Below, piece by piece: positions 50,755 to 61,717 of a stretch of DNA of 64,000 nucleotides. This stretch comes from an uncultured Chloroflexia bacterium (GTDB lineage Bacteria > Chloroflexota > Limnocylindria > QHBO01), in NCBI GenBank assembly GCA_963825525.1, contig CAWGTN010000002.1:160001-224000 (forward strand). Reading direction: 5' to 3'. A model generated the notes under the pieces. That model was not told where the DNA came from. It worked only from the letters and a program-made list of their open reading frames with translations, and made no database searches. Made by a program: the position numbers and the translations under genes. Each line of letters begins with the position of its first letter. The stretch's first letter is position 1.

Positions 50755-53302
50755 CTAGGGCCCCTGGGCGCGCTCGTCCGGCGGGGGACCACTTTCGGGC
50801 AGGGACTCCTGCTGGCCCGGCATCGGCGGGGCGATGAGCGGGTCCTCCCACTGCGTGGGCATCGGCGACTCGGCCGGCGCCGTCGGATCGGCTGACTCCT
50901 GGAGGATGCCGGCTTCGGCGGAGCGCATCGTCACGTCGCCAGCCTGCAGGCTCGCGGTGCCCGAGGCGCTGATCGGCAGCCAGAAGCCCGTCAGCGGGCC
51001 GTTGACGAGCAGGACCGCCAGCTGCCCGTTGATCTTGGCGCGAACCGTGTAGTTCCAGGTGGTCGCCGCCGTGGAGACCTGCTTCGAGCCGGTGATGACG
51101 CCCGATGCGTCGAAGGCGTACCCCGTCCGCGTGCCGGACCCGACCTGCACGGGGCGAGCCCAGTAGTAGGTGAGCCGATCGACGAAGCCGCGCGCATAGG
51201 CGCGGGATGATTCACGCACCCAGAGGCCGTCGAAGTAGCCGCCGCTCATGGCGAACCAGATCCCGTTGCCCGGTCGAATCCATCCGTACGGGACCGTCCG
51301 CTGGTCGTATGGGGCGTTGCTGGACGAGCCGAACGACGTTCGGCGCACCGCGCTGCCGCTCCCGCTGCTGTCGAATCGGTAGCCGGTGTGCTCCCCGGGC
51401 AGGAAGACCACCGAACCGCGCAGGCGGTAGTCCGGGTTATCGGCGGTGAAGGCATCGGCCAGTCGGGCGAAGGTCTCGCTGGCCGTGTAGCGGTGCAGCT
51501 GGACGAACTGTCCGATGTGGGTCAGGTGATAGCTCGACGTTCGCACCTTGCGATCCAGGCAGCTCTGGGCGATGCAGTAGTGGCTGATGCCGCCCGGGAC
51601 CCGAACCGTGCCCGACACGCGGGCGGCTGGTCGTGATTGCGCCCAGGGTGAGCAGCTCGGCGTCGCGGCTGCCGGTGATTCGCCAGTAGTCGTAGAGCCC
51701 GTACGTCGCGAAGTTGTGGCCGTTGTACGTGTGGTCGTACGGTGTCCACGGGTACTCCTCGAACCACAGCAGCCCGTTGTCGACGACCGTCACCCACGGC
51801 GCGCCGGCCTGGCGGGAGATGAGGAACGAGCGGTACGTCTGGTCGGCGGCATCTCGCCACTTCTGCTCGCCGGTGAGCTCCCACAGGCGCACGAAGCCGC
51901 TCAGGGCCACCCCCTGGGCCATGCCGGAGTACCACGGGGCCTTCATGGTTCCGCGCCCGTGGAGCGCGTAGTCGAACCCGTACGGGAAGAAGATGGCTCC
52001 CCCGTGTCGCACGGCACGCTTCAGGAGCCGATCGGCGTTGGCGACGGCGAGGTCGAGGTACTCCTGCCGCGGGTCGAGCCGATGGTTGCGCAGCATGTTG
52101 ACGACGTACTGCGCCTGGCCCACCGGGTGGTCATACCAGCGACCGTCGGTGTGGCGGTAGATGAACGCGCCCGACGAATCCCGGTCGCCGTAGGGCGCCA
52201 CGATCGTCGAGCCGTTGTACGCGAGCATGCTCTCGGGCACGGTCTGCAGCGTATGGGGATCGACATGGAACCGATGCGGGCCGACGCGGGCATCGGCGGT
52301 GGCAGCCTGGATCGGCGGGATGAGCACATCGGAGAGCGAGACCTGCCCACCGAGCAGGATGACCGATGCGGGGTCCAGACGGCCGAGCTCTGAAGCCGTC
52401 GAAGCGGGAAGGCTCGAACGCGTGGCCAGCAGCAGGGGAGCGCCCGCCATGGCGGCGGCTGGCGCGCCGGCCACCGCATCGGCGAATCCGAGGCCATTGG
52501 CAAGGAAGGTGGTCGAGGCGCGAGGAAACGCGCTGGCACTGACCGCGGCCGCGGTTGCGAACCGATCCGGCCCCGCCCGGCGCGTGACTGAGCCGGTGGT
52601 ATAGCGGTCGAGGGCCGCCACGACCGCGTCGCTCACCACGCTCCGACCGCCGACAACCACGATCTTGGCCGGACGCAGTCGAGACAGCTCGGTGCGGACG
52701 GAGGCGGGAAGGTCGTTCGTATCGACCAGCAGCACCGGTCCACCGGCCGCGGACGCAGCAGGACCGGCGCTGAGAGCGTCGGGGAACACCCGGCCAGTCG
52801 CGATGTAGGCGACCGGAACGCCGCCACCGAAGTGCCGTGCGCTGATGAGCGCCGCGGTGGCATAGCGGTCCGCGCCCGCGAGCCGCGTCACCTGACCCGC
52901 GGTGTAGGCGGCGAGCTGCTCGGCGACCGCGTCGGAAACGACGGTTCGGCCTCCGAGGATCACGATCTCGCTCGGCTTCAATCGTGTGAGCTCATCCCGG
53001 GTCGGCTGTGGGATCGAGCGAGGCGCGGTGAGGAGGATGGGCGCGTCACGGCTGGCTGCCGCGGGACCTCCGGCCAGGGAGTCGGGGAAATCGAGCCCGG
53101 TGGCAACGAACGCGACCTCGACGCCCGGGACGGCAATGCTTCGGCTGATGGCTGCGGCGGTCGCGTAGCGATCCGGTCCGGCGAGCCGCGTGATGGCGGC
53201 GGGCGTTGCCTCCGCGGGAGGCGGCGGCGCCGTCAGCAGCCCGGCACCTGCGACGAGGGCTGCCAGCAGCAGTCTCGCGCCCCGTGACCTGGTTCTCCCC
53301 AT
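50755..53302 (-). CDS. Secreted protein: 3x cell-wall-binding repeat 2, D-glucuronyl C5-epimerase-like domain, beta-rich tail (frameshift near 51620)
   Basis: Three RLAGxDRYATA-type repeats with FPDAL/PILL motifs; PWYSGMAQG, WFEEYP, NGHNFATYGLYDYW, YHLTHIGQ. Confidence 0.85.
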
Positions 53303-53424
53303 CCCCACTGATCCTCCCCTCGGGCCAGGAGCCGGCCCACGCGCAGGATACCTCCCGGCGCCGCGGTGGAGCGCAGTCACGCGTGCTGCGACTACCCTTG
53401 TCGGCGGGGCGCTGTGCTGACGGC

Positions 53425-53508
53425 GCCGGAGTGGCGGAATGGCAGACGCAGCCGGCTTAAACCCGGCGGCCGCAAGGCGTGGGGGTTCGAGTCCCTCCTC
53501 CGGCACCA
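53425..53508 (+). tRNA. tRNA-Leu(TAA)
   Basis: GCCGG-CTTAAAC-CCGGC, variable arm, CCA end. Confidence 0.95.
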
Positions 53509-53541
53509 AGCCGCAGTCGGCCGGCGCATCAGCCGCACGGC

Positions 53542-54771
53542 CTACTTGCGGCTGAAGATGCTCCGCCGCGCGGGCTTGGCGGCGGTCGGCGCATGCTGCT
53601 CGATCCCGATGACAGCCTGGGCGAGGCGGTGCATTGCCAGCGTGGCCGGCGATGCCGGGCGGCCGATGACGAGGGGCACCCCCTCGTTCACGGATCGAAT
53701 CATGTCGACCTCGGTGTACGGGATCTCGGCGGCTGGCTTCGCCCGCAGCAGATTCTCGACATCACGCGTCTTGAGAAGCTCCTTCGGGAAGACATGGTTG
53801 ACCACGATCGAGGTCCTGGCCCTGAGTGGCGTCGTGTCCGCCAGGAACGCGAGCAGCAGGCTCATGGACCGAAGCGCCGCGATCTCCGGGAAGAGGACGA
53901 ACACGTTGGCATCGGCATGCTCGAGCATGGCAACCGAGCGCGGATCGACCCGGCTCCCAAGGTCCACCACCACGTAGTGGAACTCGGATCGGAGGAGCGA
54001 CATGATCCGTTCGACATGGTCCACGGTCACGCGGAAGTCCGCCTCGGGGCGCGCCGGCGCGGCAAGGACGGTCAGGCCGGAGGAGTGCGGCGTGAGGTAC
54101 TGGCGGGCCTGGTCGAGGTCGGTCAGCGCCGGCTCATCGGCGACAAAGCCGTCGATGGCGTACCTGGGTGTCAGGTTGAGGTGGGTCGCCACCTGGCCGA
54201 ACTGAAGGTCGAGGTCGATCAGCAGCACGCGCGACACCGGGATCGGCGGCGCCGCTGTCCGTGAGGACGCCGGTGGTGGCGTCGCGCCGCCTGCCAGCAA
54301 CACGGCCGTGTTCACCGCGAGGGTGGTGGTCCCGACCCCGCCCTTGGGACTGAAGAAGGTGATGACCTCCGCGCCACCCGTCTTCGACGAGGCCTCGGCC
54401 TGCACCTTGCCCGCCCGGATGAGCTGAGCCATCACCCGGCCCTCGAGCTCGCTCGGCGCGAACGATCCGGCCATCACGTCATCGGCGCCCGCCTCCAGGA
54501 ACGCGATTCGGGCCTCCACGTCGTGCGCCGGGGCCACCACCAGGATCGGGACGACACCATTGTTGCCCGCGGTCCGGAGCGACGAGATCGCGCCAGAGGT
54601 CGCGAGGCCCTCGGCCACGATGAGGTCGAAGTTGCGGCCACGCATGGCGGCCACGGCATCAGCCGGTGAGCCGACCGAGGCGGTCTGGAAGCCCGCGGCG
54701 CCCAGCGCCGATTCGAGCGTCTCGCGCAGACCCGTTTCGCGGGCACAGATCAAGATGGGGTTCGACGGCAT
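53542..54771 (-). CDS. CpaE/TadZ-like receiver domain plus MinD/ParA ATPase
   Basis: Degenerate REC domain (AGADD); FFSPKGGVGTTTLAVN; IDLDLQFG; SVNEGVP. Confidence 0.85.
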   Translation of the reverse strand: MPSNPILICARETGLRETLESALGAAGFQTASVGSPADAVAAMRGRNFDLIVAEGLATSGAISSLRTAGNNGVVPILVVAPAHDVEARIAFLEAGADDVMAGSFAPSELEGRVMAQLIRAGKVQAEASSKTGGAEVITFFSPKGGVGTTTLAVNTAVLLAGGATPPPASSRTAAPPIPVSRVLLIDLDLQFGQVATHLNLTPRYAIDGFVADEPALTDLDQARQYLTPHSSGLTVLAAPARPEADFRVTVDHVERIMSLLRSEFHYVVVDLGSRVDPRSVAMLEHADANVFVLFPEIAALRSMSLLLAFLADTTPLRARTSIVVNHVFPKELLKTRDVENLLRAKPAAEIPYTEVDMIRSVNEGVPLVIGRPASPATLAMHRLAQAVIGIEQHAPTAAKPARRSIFSRK

Positions 54772-54896
54772 GGCCTTCGACGAGCGGGTTGGACTGGTGG
54801 AGTATACGGAACCGGCTGTCGTTGCCACGATGGGCTATTCGGGGCTATACTTCCTGGGCGCCTCCCGGATCGGGGGGCGTGGTTCATGTTCATCCC

Positions 54897-54962
54897 TGAG
54901 CCCCTCCCTGCCGCATCGACGACGCTCGTCGGCGATGTCGCAATCCCAGAGAGAGGAGGACG
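54897..54962 (+). promoter_or_regulatory. Possible S6:S18 ribosomal leader
   Basis: Hairpin GCATCG..CGATGT, unpaired CCC and a pyrimidine stretch able to pair with the GAGAGGAGG SD, directly upstream of rpsF. Confidence 0.45.
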
Positions 54963-54971
54963 ACGCCACCC

Positions 54972-55580
54972 ATGCGCCGTTACGAACTCATGCTTCTGCT
55001 CAGCCCTGACCTGGAGGACGACAAGCTCCAGGCAGCGGTCGAGAAGGTCACCCGCGCGATTGTCAATGCAGGCGGAAGCCTCAGCAAGGTTTCGCCGTGG
55101 GGCAAGCGACGCCTCGCCTACGACATCCAGCGCCACCGCGATGCCAGCTACTTCCTCATTCACTTCGACGTGGAGCCGTCAGCCGTGCGCGAGATCGAGC
55201 GCGGAATGCTGATCAGCGAGGAGATCCTGCGTCACCTCGTGACCGTGCTCGAAGATCGCGGTCCGGCCGAGGAGCTCGCTCCTGCCGCCGCAGCCCGCGG
55301 AGAAATCGATGGGGATGACGACGGCTCGTCGCGTGACGATGTGCCGGCGCAGTCTCCGGAGGCACGTGTTGCCCAGTCCGACGATGGCGCAGCCCCCGAG
55401 CCGGCAGCCCCTGCCCCCGACCCGGTGACCAGTGAGCCGGTTGAGGACGAAGCGACCGAAGCCGAGCCAACGCCGGACGAGCCGGCCGCAGCCGAGCCGG
55501 CCGCCGATGCCGAACCGGTCGAGTCGCCAGAGGCGGAGGCCGTCGCGGCGACCTCCGAGGAGCGCAGCGGCGAGGCCTGA
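54972..55580 (+). CDS. rpsF: 30S ribosomal protein S6 with long acidic C-terminal tail
   Basis: MRRYELMLLL, WGKRRLAYDI, ILRHLV. Confidence 0.95.
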   Translation: MRRYELMLLLSPDLEDDKLQAAVEKVTRAIVNAGGSLSKVSPWGKRRLAYDIQRHRDASYFLIHFDVEPSAVREIERGMLISEEILRHLVTVLEDRGPAEELAPAAAARGEIDGDDDGSSRDDVPAQSPEARVAQSDDGAAPEPAAPAPDPVTSEPVEDEATEAEPTPDEPAAAEPAADAEPVESPEAEAVAATSEERSGEA

Positions 55581-55605
55581 GCCGCCCCGCCAGAAAGGAG
55601 CCGAC

Positions 55606-56070
55606 ATGACACTCAACAAGATGATGATCATCGGCAATCTCGGAGCCGATCCCGAGCTGCGCTACACGCCCAGCGGCAAGGCGGTCACCGACCTGCGCGT
55701 CGCCGTGAACAACAACCAGCGCGGCCCGGACGGCGAGTGGGTCGAGGAGACCCTCTGGTTCCGGGTGAGCGTGTGGGAGCAGGCAGCCGAGAGGCTGGCC
55801 GAGCAGCTGCGCAAGGGCAACAAGGTGTTCGCCGAGGGACAGCTCCGGGTACGCGAGTTCGACGGCCGGGACGGCGAGAAGCGCCAGTCGCTCGAGCTTG
55901 CATTCGCGCGCGTCGTGAACCTCGAGCGCCGTCCGCGTGACGAGGAGGGCGGATCGGGCGGTGGCAGCTACGAGAATGCCCCGCCTGCAGTCAAGCCCCG
56001 CGGCGCCGGCGAGCAACCGCGCTCGAACGCCCCCGGCGCCGAGATGGACGTCGACGACATTCCCTTCTAG
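55606..56070 (+). CDS. ssb: Single-stranded DNA-binding protein
   Basis: NKMMIIGNLGADPELRYT, C-terminal DDIPF; AAGGAG RBS. Confidence 0.96.
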   Translation: MTLNKMMIIGNLGADPELRYTPSGKAVTDLRVAVNNNQRGPDGEWVEETLWFRVSVWEQAAERLAEQLRKGNKVFAEGQLRVREFDGRDGEKRQSLELAFARVVNLERRPRDEEGGSGGGSYENAPPAVKPRGAGEQPRSNAPGAEMDVDDIPF

Positions 56071-56100
56071 ATACCAGACCACGAGGATCGATACCGCATC

Positions 56101-56370
56101 ATGGCCAGCCCCCGATCCCGCCGCGAGTCGGCGGACTACTACCGCGACCGACGTCGCCGCAAGGTGTGCAACTTCTGCGTCGACAAGGCAGAGAGCATCG
56201 ACTACAAGGAGGTCAACCGCCTCCGCCGATACCTGAGCGAGCGCGCGAAGATCGAGCCGCGGCGCAAGACCGGAACCTGCGCCCGACACCAGCGCATGCT
56301 GACGACCGCGCTGAAGCGTGCTCGTCACGTCGCACTCCTGCCGTACGCCCCGCAGCACCTGCGACCGTAG
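56101..56370 (+). CDS. rpsR: 30S ribosomal protein S18 (zinc-binding form)
   Basis: [28 protein letters not shown]. Confidence 0.96.
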   Translation: MASPRSRRESADYYRDRRRRKVCNFCVDKAESIDYKEVNRLRRYLSERAKIEPRRKTGTCARHQRMLTTALKRARHVALLPYAPQHLRP

Positions 56371-56428
56371 CGCGGAGCGCCGCCCCGTGGTGAGTTGACG
56401 CTCGTCCACGGGTCGGCGACACTCGCCC

Positions 56429-56533
56429 GGCCCGAGGGGGAGTACCCCACCCAGGCGTCATCGTCAGGACGGCGTGCATGCACGCTCGGTGATGCCGGCC
56501 GGCCCACGTGGAGGTCGGGAGAGACCTTCGGCC
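56429..56533 (+). ncRNA. yybP-ykoY (Mn2+) riboswitch
   Basis: GGGGAGTA..CGTCA..GAGACC hallmarks with closing stem GGCCCGAGG/CCTTCGGCC, upstream of a cation antiporter. Confidence 0.85.
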
Positions 56534-56569
56534 ATACATCGACCCGGCCAAGAAGAGGTACCCCGACCC

Positions 56570-57688
56570 GTGGACATCGTCCTGCTCATCGGCTCGCTGG
56601 CAATCATCCTGGTTGCCGCCGAGCTGTTCACCAACGGCATCGAGTGGCTCGGCCACAAGCTCAAGCTGGCCGAGGGTGCAGTCGGCAGCGTGCTCGCGGC
56701 TGTGGCGACCGCCATGCCCGAGACGCTCATCCCGGTCATCGCCATCCTGGGACCGGTGATCGTGGGCGGGACCGCATCCGAGAGCGCACAGGCGGTGGGC
56801 GTGGGCGCGATCCTTGGTGCGCCGTTCATGCTCTCCACGCTCGCCATGTTCGTGACGGGCACTGCGATCGTCATCTTCGCCCGTCGTGGACGGCGGGGGA
56901 CGGACATGCGGATCAACACGCGCGTCCTTGGCCGTGACGTCGCGTTCTTCGTTGTCGGCTACGGCATCGCGATCGGCACCGCATTCCTCCCCGCGGAACT
57001 TTCATGGCTGAAGTGGGTCGCGGCCGTGACGCTCTTCGTCCTCTACGCGGTCTACGTGCGGCTTCACTTCACCGATACCGCCGAGGAGAGCGATCCCGAG
57101 GACCTCAATAAGCTGCATCTCACCCGTATGCCGCCGCTGAACACCAAGCGGATGCTCGAGATCGACGCCCTGCCGGGCGCACACTCCGTGACCGGCGGCG
57201 AGCCGAGGATGGGAATCGTCATCGGCCAGGTCGTCCTGGCGCTGGGGTTGATCATCGTGGGAGCGCAGGTCTTCGTGGGCGCGGTCGAGCACCTGTCGGA
57301 GGTCATCGGGCTCGACCCGACCATCCTGGCCCTCATCATCGCCCCCATCGCCACCGAGCTGCCCGAGAAGTTCAACAGCGTGCTGTGGGTGCGCAACGGC
57401 AAGGACACGCTGGCCATGGGCAACATCACCGGCGCCATGGTCTTCCAGAGCGCGATTCCCACCGTGCTCGGCCTGCTGTTCACCTCGTGGACGTTCAGCG
57501 GTGACAGTGCCATCCACTTCGCGTCGGCGGCCGTGGCCTTCGCTGCGACGTTCCTCATCTTCGGCGGCATGATCCTGCGCGGGAAGCTCACGGCGTGGTG
57601 GCTGCTCATCGGCGGCCCTCTCTACATCGTGTACATCTACCTTGCGCTGTTCACCGATCTGGGAGCGTCTGCCTCGCCGATCCACTGA
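56570..57688 (+). CDS. Na+/Ca2+ (CaCA) family cation antiporter
   Basis: Alpha repeats ATAMPE..GAILGA and ATELPE..GNITGA; multiple TM helices. Confidence 0.9.
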   Translation: MDIVLLIGSLAIILVAAELFTNGIEWLGHKLKLAEGAVGSVLAAVATAMPETLIPVIAILGPVIVGGTASESAQAVGVGAILGAPFMLSTLAMFVTGTAIVIFARRGRRGTDMRINTRVLGRDVAFFVVGYGIAIGTAFLPAELSWLKWVAAVTLFVLYAVYVRLHFTDTAEESDPEDLNKLHLTRMPPLNTKRMLEIDALPGAHSVTGGEPRMGIVIGQVVLALGLIIVGAQVFVGAVEHLSEVIGLDPTILALIIAPIATELPEKFNSVLWVRNGKDTLAMGNITGAMVFQSAIPTVLGLLFTSWTFSGDSAIHFASAAVAFAATFLIFGGMILRGKLTAWWLLIGGPLYIVYIYLALFTDLGASASPIH

Positions 57689-57780
57689 CGCCCGACGGCC
57701 GGGTGATCGAAGCCGCGGCTATACTGACTCGCGCCGATTCAGTCCGTCCGGCACCGATCTCGAACCTGGAGGCAACCAGC

Positions 57781-58743
57781 TTGTTGGAGCAGGAGAACCG
57801 CGCCCACGGTGCGACGGTGGAGACCACCGCCGAGCTCTGGGCGTTCTTCCGCGGGAACTTCGTGCCGCTGCGCGACGCGAACATCAACGTCATGACCCAT
57901 GCCTTCAACTACGGGACGGCGGTGTTTGAGGGCGTCCGGGCATACTGGAACGCCGACGAGGAGCAGCTGTTCGCTCTCGAGCTGCTCCCGCACTTCGAGC
58001 GCATCAGGGCCTCTGCGCGACTCCTGATGATGGAGATCCCGCAGTCTCCGCAGGAGCTTGCCGACATCACGCTCGAGCTCCTCCGGCGCGACGGCCTGCG
58101 CGAGGACGTCTATCTGCGCCCGATCATCTACAAGAGCTCCGAGACGATCGGCGTCCGCCTCCACAACCTCGACGCTGACATCACGATCTTCGGGGTTCCG
58201 TTCGGCCAGTACATCGACACCGAGGGTGGCATTCGCGCCCAGGTCAGCAGCTGGCGCCGGACCGATGACAACGCCATTCCGGCGCGCGGCAAGATCACCG
58301 GTGCCTACGTGAACGGGGCCCTCGCGAAGAGCGAGGCACAGCTCAACGGCTTCGATGAGGCCATCGTCCTGACCTCCGACGGCCACGTCAGCGAGGGCAG
58401 CGCCGAGAACCTGTTCATCGTGCGCAACGGCGTGCTCGTCACGCCGCCGGTCACCGACAACATCCTCGAGGGCATCACGCGACGGCGGCTCATCGACATC
58501 GCACGCGGGGACCTCTCGCTCGAGGTCGTCGAACGAAGCATCGACCGAACGGAGCTCTACGGTGCCGACGAAGTGTTCCTGTGCGGGACCGGGGCGCAGA
58601 TCAGCCCGGTGATCGAGATCGACCGACGGCAGGTCGGCAGCGGACGGCCGGGCCAGGTGACGCGGGACGTCTCGCGAATCTACTTCGACGCGGTCCGTGG
58701 CAAGGTGCCTGCATATCGTGACTGGCTGACTCCCGTCTACTGA
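57781..58743 (+). CDS. ilvE: Branched-chain amino acid aminotransferase
   Basis: HAFNYGTAVFEG, KITGAY, SEGSAENLF, LEGITR, FLCGT; GGAGG RBS before TTG. Confidence 0.92.
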   Translation: MLEQENRAHGATVETTAELWAFFRGNFVPLRDANINVMTHAFNYGTAVFEGVRAYWNADEEQLFALELLPHFERIRASARLLMMEIPQSPQELADITLELLRRDGLREDVYLRPIIYKSSETIGVRLHNLDADITIFGVPFGQYIDTEGGIRAQVSSWRRTDDNAIPARGKITGAYVNGALAKSEAQLNGFDEAIVLTSDGHVSEGSAENLFIVRNGVLVTPPVTDNILEGITRRRLIDIARGDLSLEVVERSIDRTELYGADEVFLCGTGAQISPVIEIDRRQVGSGRPGQVTRDVSRIYFDAVRGKVPAYRDWLTPVY

Positions 58744-58804
58744 GCAGGCCAGCGCGGCGGATCGGCATCGGCGCCACCGGCCGCCGGCCGGATCGAACGA
58801 CACC

Positions 58805-60476
58805 ATGACAACGCCGGACAACCAGGATCGCCTCCGTTGGCTCAGCCGCGTTCTCGAGATGGTGCCCGGCACCATCTCGTGGGCGATCCTCATCCTGCCC
58901 CTCTGGCTCAGCTTCAGCTACCCGTGGCTGGTCGCCTACTTCGTCCTGAGCTTCGACTTCTACTGGCTCTGCCGCGCCCTGTGGTTCAGCGGTGCGGTCA
59001 TCGTGGCCCACCGACGGATCCGTGACGTGACCGATACCGATTGGGGCGAACGTCTCACGGCGCTCATCGACCCCGCGGCGCGTCGAGCCGAGCTCGCCCA
59101 GTTGCTTGCCGCCGATGGACCGCCCGTTTCCGGCCATGCCCTGGGCGTCGTGGCCGGGCCCGGTGCGGGGGACCGGCGCGGCGACAGTGCGCCGCATTCG
59201 CCAGGAGATCCGGGACCTCGAGGCGGTCGAGGCATTGCCCGAGCCACCTCCCTCGGCCGATGACCTCGTTCACCTGGCGCTCATCCCGACCTACACCGAG
59301 TCGCTCGAAAAGCTGCGGTACACGGTCCGTGCACTCGCCGAGGCAGCGTGGCCGGTGGAGCGGAAGATCTGCGCCATCATCACCCGGGAGACGGACGAGG
59401 GTGGGATCGAGAACGTCAAGGCGCTGCAAGCCGAGTTCGGCGACGCGTTCGCCGAGTTCATCCACATCCTCGATCCGCTCGAGCCCGGCATCGTGGTCGG
59501 AAAGAGCAGCGCGATGGCCTGGGGAGGGCGGTATCTCTATCGCAAGCTCGTACGCGAACGCGGGATGGACCCGCATCGGATCATCGTCACCGACCTGGAT
59601 GCCGACTACCGAGTGCATCCGCAGTACTTCGCCTACCTGACCTGGGTGCACCTGACGGACCCGAACCGGGAGACGCAGCTCTACCAGCCGATCCCGTACT
59701 TCCATAACAACATCTGGCAGGCCCCGATGCTCCAACGGCTGTTTGCCGCCGTGCTGACCCAGCTGCAGATGTGGAGGAGCGTGCTCCCGGAGAAGCTCCA
59801 GAGCTTCGGCTCCTACTCAACCACGCTCAACCTCGTCCACGATGTCGGGTACTGGGCCACCGACGCGATCCCGGAGGACAGCCGCTTCTACTGGAAGAGC
59901 TACTTCCGCTACGGAGATCGGTTCCGGGCCGTGCCCCTGTTCATCCCGATCTACGGGGATGCCGTTCGGGCCCGGGGCTACTGGCGCAGCATGGCCGAGC
60001 AATACCTCCAGGCTCGTCGCTGGGCGTGGGGAGTGACGGACATCCCGTTCGTTGTGGACAACGCGGTGCGGCACGCGGAGATCCCCTGGGCGTCGCGCTT
60101 CTGGCGCGTCATCAACCTGTTCGGCGAGCACATCAACTGGGCAATTGCGCCGTTCGTGGTCACCTTCGGCGCGACGGTCCCGCTCCTCATCAACCCGGCG
60201 TTCGGCGAAACGACGCTCGGCCAGAATCTGCCGCTGTACGCCAGCGTCATGCTCTCGATCGCGCTCATCAGCCTCGCGGTGCTCATCGTGGTCGAGCATC
60301 GGATCGTGCCCCGGCGTCCGGCCGAATGGGGGTGGATGCAACGCGTCATGAGCTACCTGCAGTGGGTCGGGCTTCCCTTCGTCGGCATCATCTTCTCGAT
60401 GGTCCCGGCGCTCGATGCCCAGACGCGGCTCCTGACCGGCCGCTACCTCGAGTACAAGGTCACCGAGAAGGCGTGA
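58805..60476 (+). CDS. Membrane GT2 glycosyltransferase (frameshift near 59170)
   Basis: DLDAD, PED, QARRW motifs; N- and C-terminal TM helices. Confidence 0.85.
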
Positions 60477-60480
60477 GCCG

Positions 60481-61614
60481 ATGACATCCCGCGTCCCGCC
60501 CATCGCGCGCATCCGGCTCGCCCGTTCGGTCCCGCGGCTGCTGGCATGGCCGTCGTTGCTGGCCGCGGCAGGCGTCGCCATCCTGGTCGGCGGATTGGTT
60601 GCCGGCGGCGCCGCGTCGCTGCTCACCGCGGGCTTCGGTGGTCTTCTGGTGCTGACGGGCATCTTCGCCGCGGCGCGGCTCTTGAGCGTGCGGCTGGATA
60701 TCGAGGAGGCGGTGGTCCGGCTGCGGGCCGTCGGATCCGAGCGGCAGTTCGACCTGGTCCCGGGCCCCGTCACCCGGGTCCGTTTGACGGGCGATAACGC
60801 CTCGTCGCTGAAGTCGCGGACGCGGATGCTCGGGTATGACCTCGGGGCCGCGGTGCTGCGCGACGAGGAGCAGATCGAGATCGTGCGGTTGGCACGCACC
60901 GACAGCGCGATCCTCATCCCCACCGAGCGTGGAAGGCTGGCGATCGCCCCCGCCGACGAGGCGGCCCTGCTCGATGCGCTGTCCCGCGCCGCCCAGGCAC
61001 GACAACGACTCGACGCACTCGCCATGCCCGATCTCCCGGAGGGCGCGGGTGAGCCGGAGCCGATGACGGCACCCGAGCCGCCGGCGGATGATGCCGAACC
61101 TGAGCCCGCGGCCATGACCGGCATCGAACGCGCGATCTACGAGCGCACGATTGCCGAGGAGCGGATGGCCGCGGAGCGGGCCGCGGAGCTGCTGCTGGCG
61201 GAAGAGGCTCGCCGTTTGGAGGAGGCCGCGGCCGCGCAGGCGGCCGCCGAGCAGGCCGAGACGGCCGTTCCCGCCGACGCCATGACCGCGCCGACGCGCC
61301 CCCGCCTCGCACGTCGAGCGATCGGCGCCGTTCCGCGTCCGGCGTGGATCCGACGCCCCGAGCCGTCCCTGGCACTGGTCGTCCTTCCCCTGGTCGGGGC
61401 TGGTGCGGTCTGGGGATTTGGCATCGCTCGTGACTCATTGCCGGCGGCAGGGACCGATCTGGGTCGTCTGACGGCACTCGCGCTGGTGCTGGCGGGGCCC
61501 GGTACGACGGTTGGCGCGATCATGGCCCGGATCTGGTGGCCGCGGCTGGTGGGGGTGGTGGTCGTGGGAGGGCTGGCGACTGCGGTCTTCGCGGGACGCG
61601 CCATCCTGGGCTGA
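60481..61614 (+). CDS. Membrane hypothetical protein (possible bacterial PH-like domain)
   Basis: Two N-terminal TM helices, beta-rich domain, coiled coil, three C-terminal TM helices. Confidence 0.65.
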   Translation: MTSRVPPIARIRLARSVPRLLAWPSLLAAAGVAILVGGLVAGGAASLLTAGFGGLLVLTGIFAAARLLSVRLDIEEAVVRLRAVGSERQFDLVPGPVTRVRLTGDNASSLKSRTRMLGYDLGAAVLRDEEQIEIVRLARTDSAILIPTERGRLAIAPADEAALLDALSRAAQARQRLDALAMPDLPEGAGEPEPMTAPEPPADDAEPEPAAMTGIERAIYERTIAEERMAAERAAELLLAEEARRLEEAAAAQAAAEQAETAVPADAMTAPTRPRLARRAIGAVPRPAWIRRPEPSLALVVLPLVGAGAVWGFGIARDSLPAAGTDLGRLTALALVLAGPGTTVGAIMARIWWPRLVGVVVVGGLATAVFAGRAILG

Positions 61615-61643
61615 TTGACAGTCGGGCGGTCGGCTGCGACGAT
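61615..61643 (+). promoter_or_regulatory. Sigma70-type promoter for ileS
   Basis: TTGACA-N17-GACGAT with extended TG. Confidence 0.55.
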
Positions 61644-61717
61644 CGCCGCCGAGTGAGCCACGGTTCCCGTCCCGGTGTTCCGGGGCGGGATTGTTGTTGG
61701 ACGAGGAGCTGAGCGCC

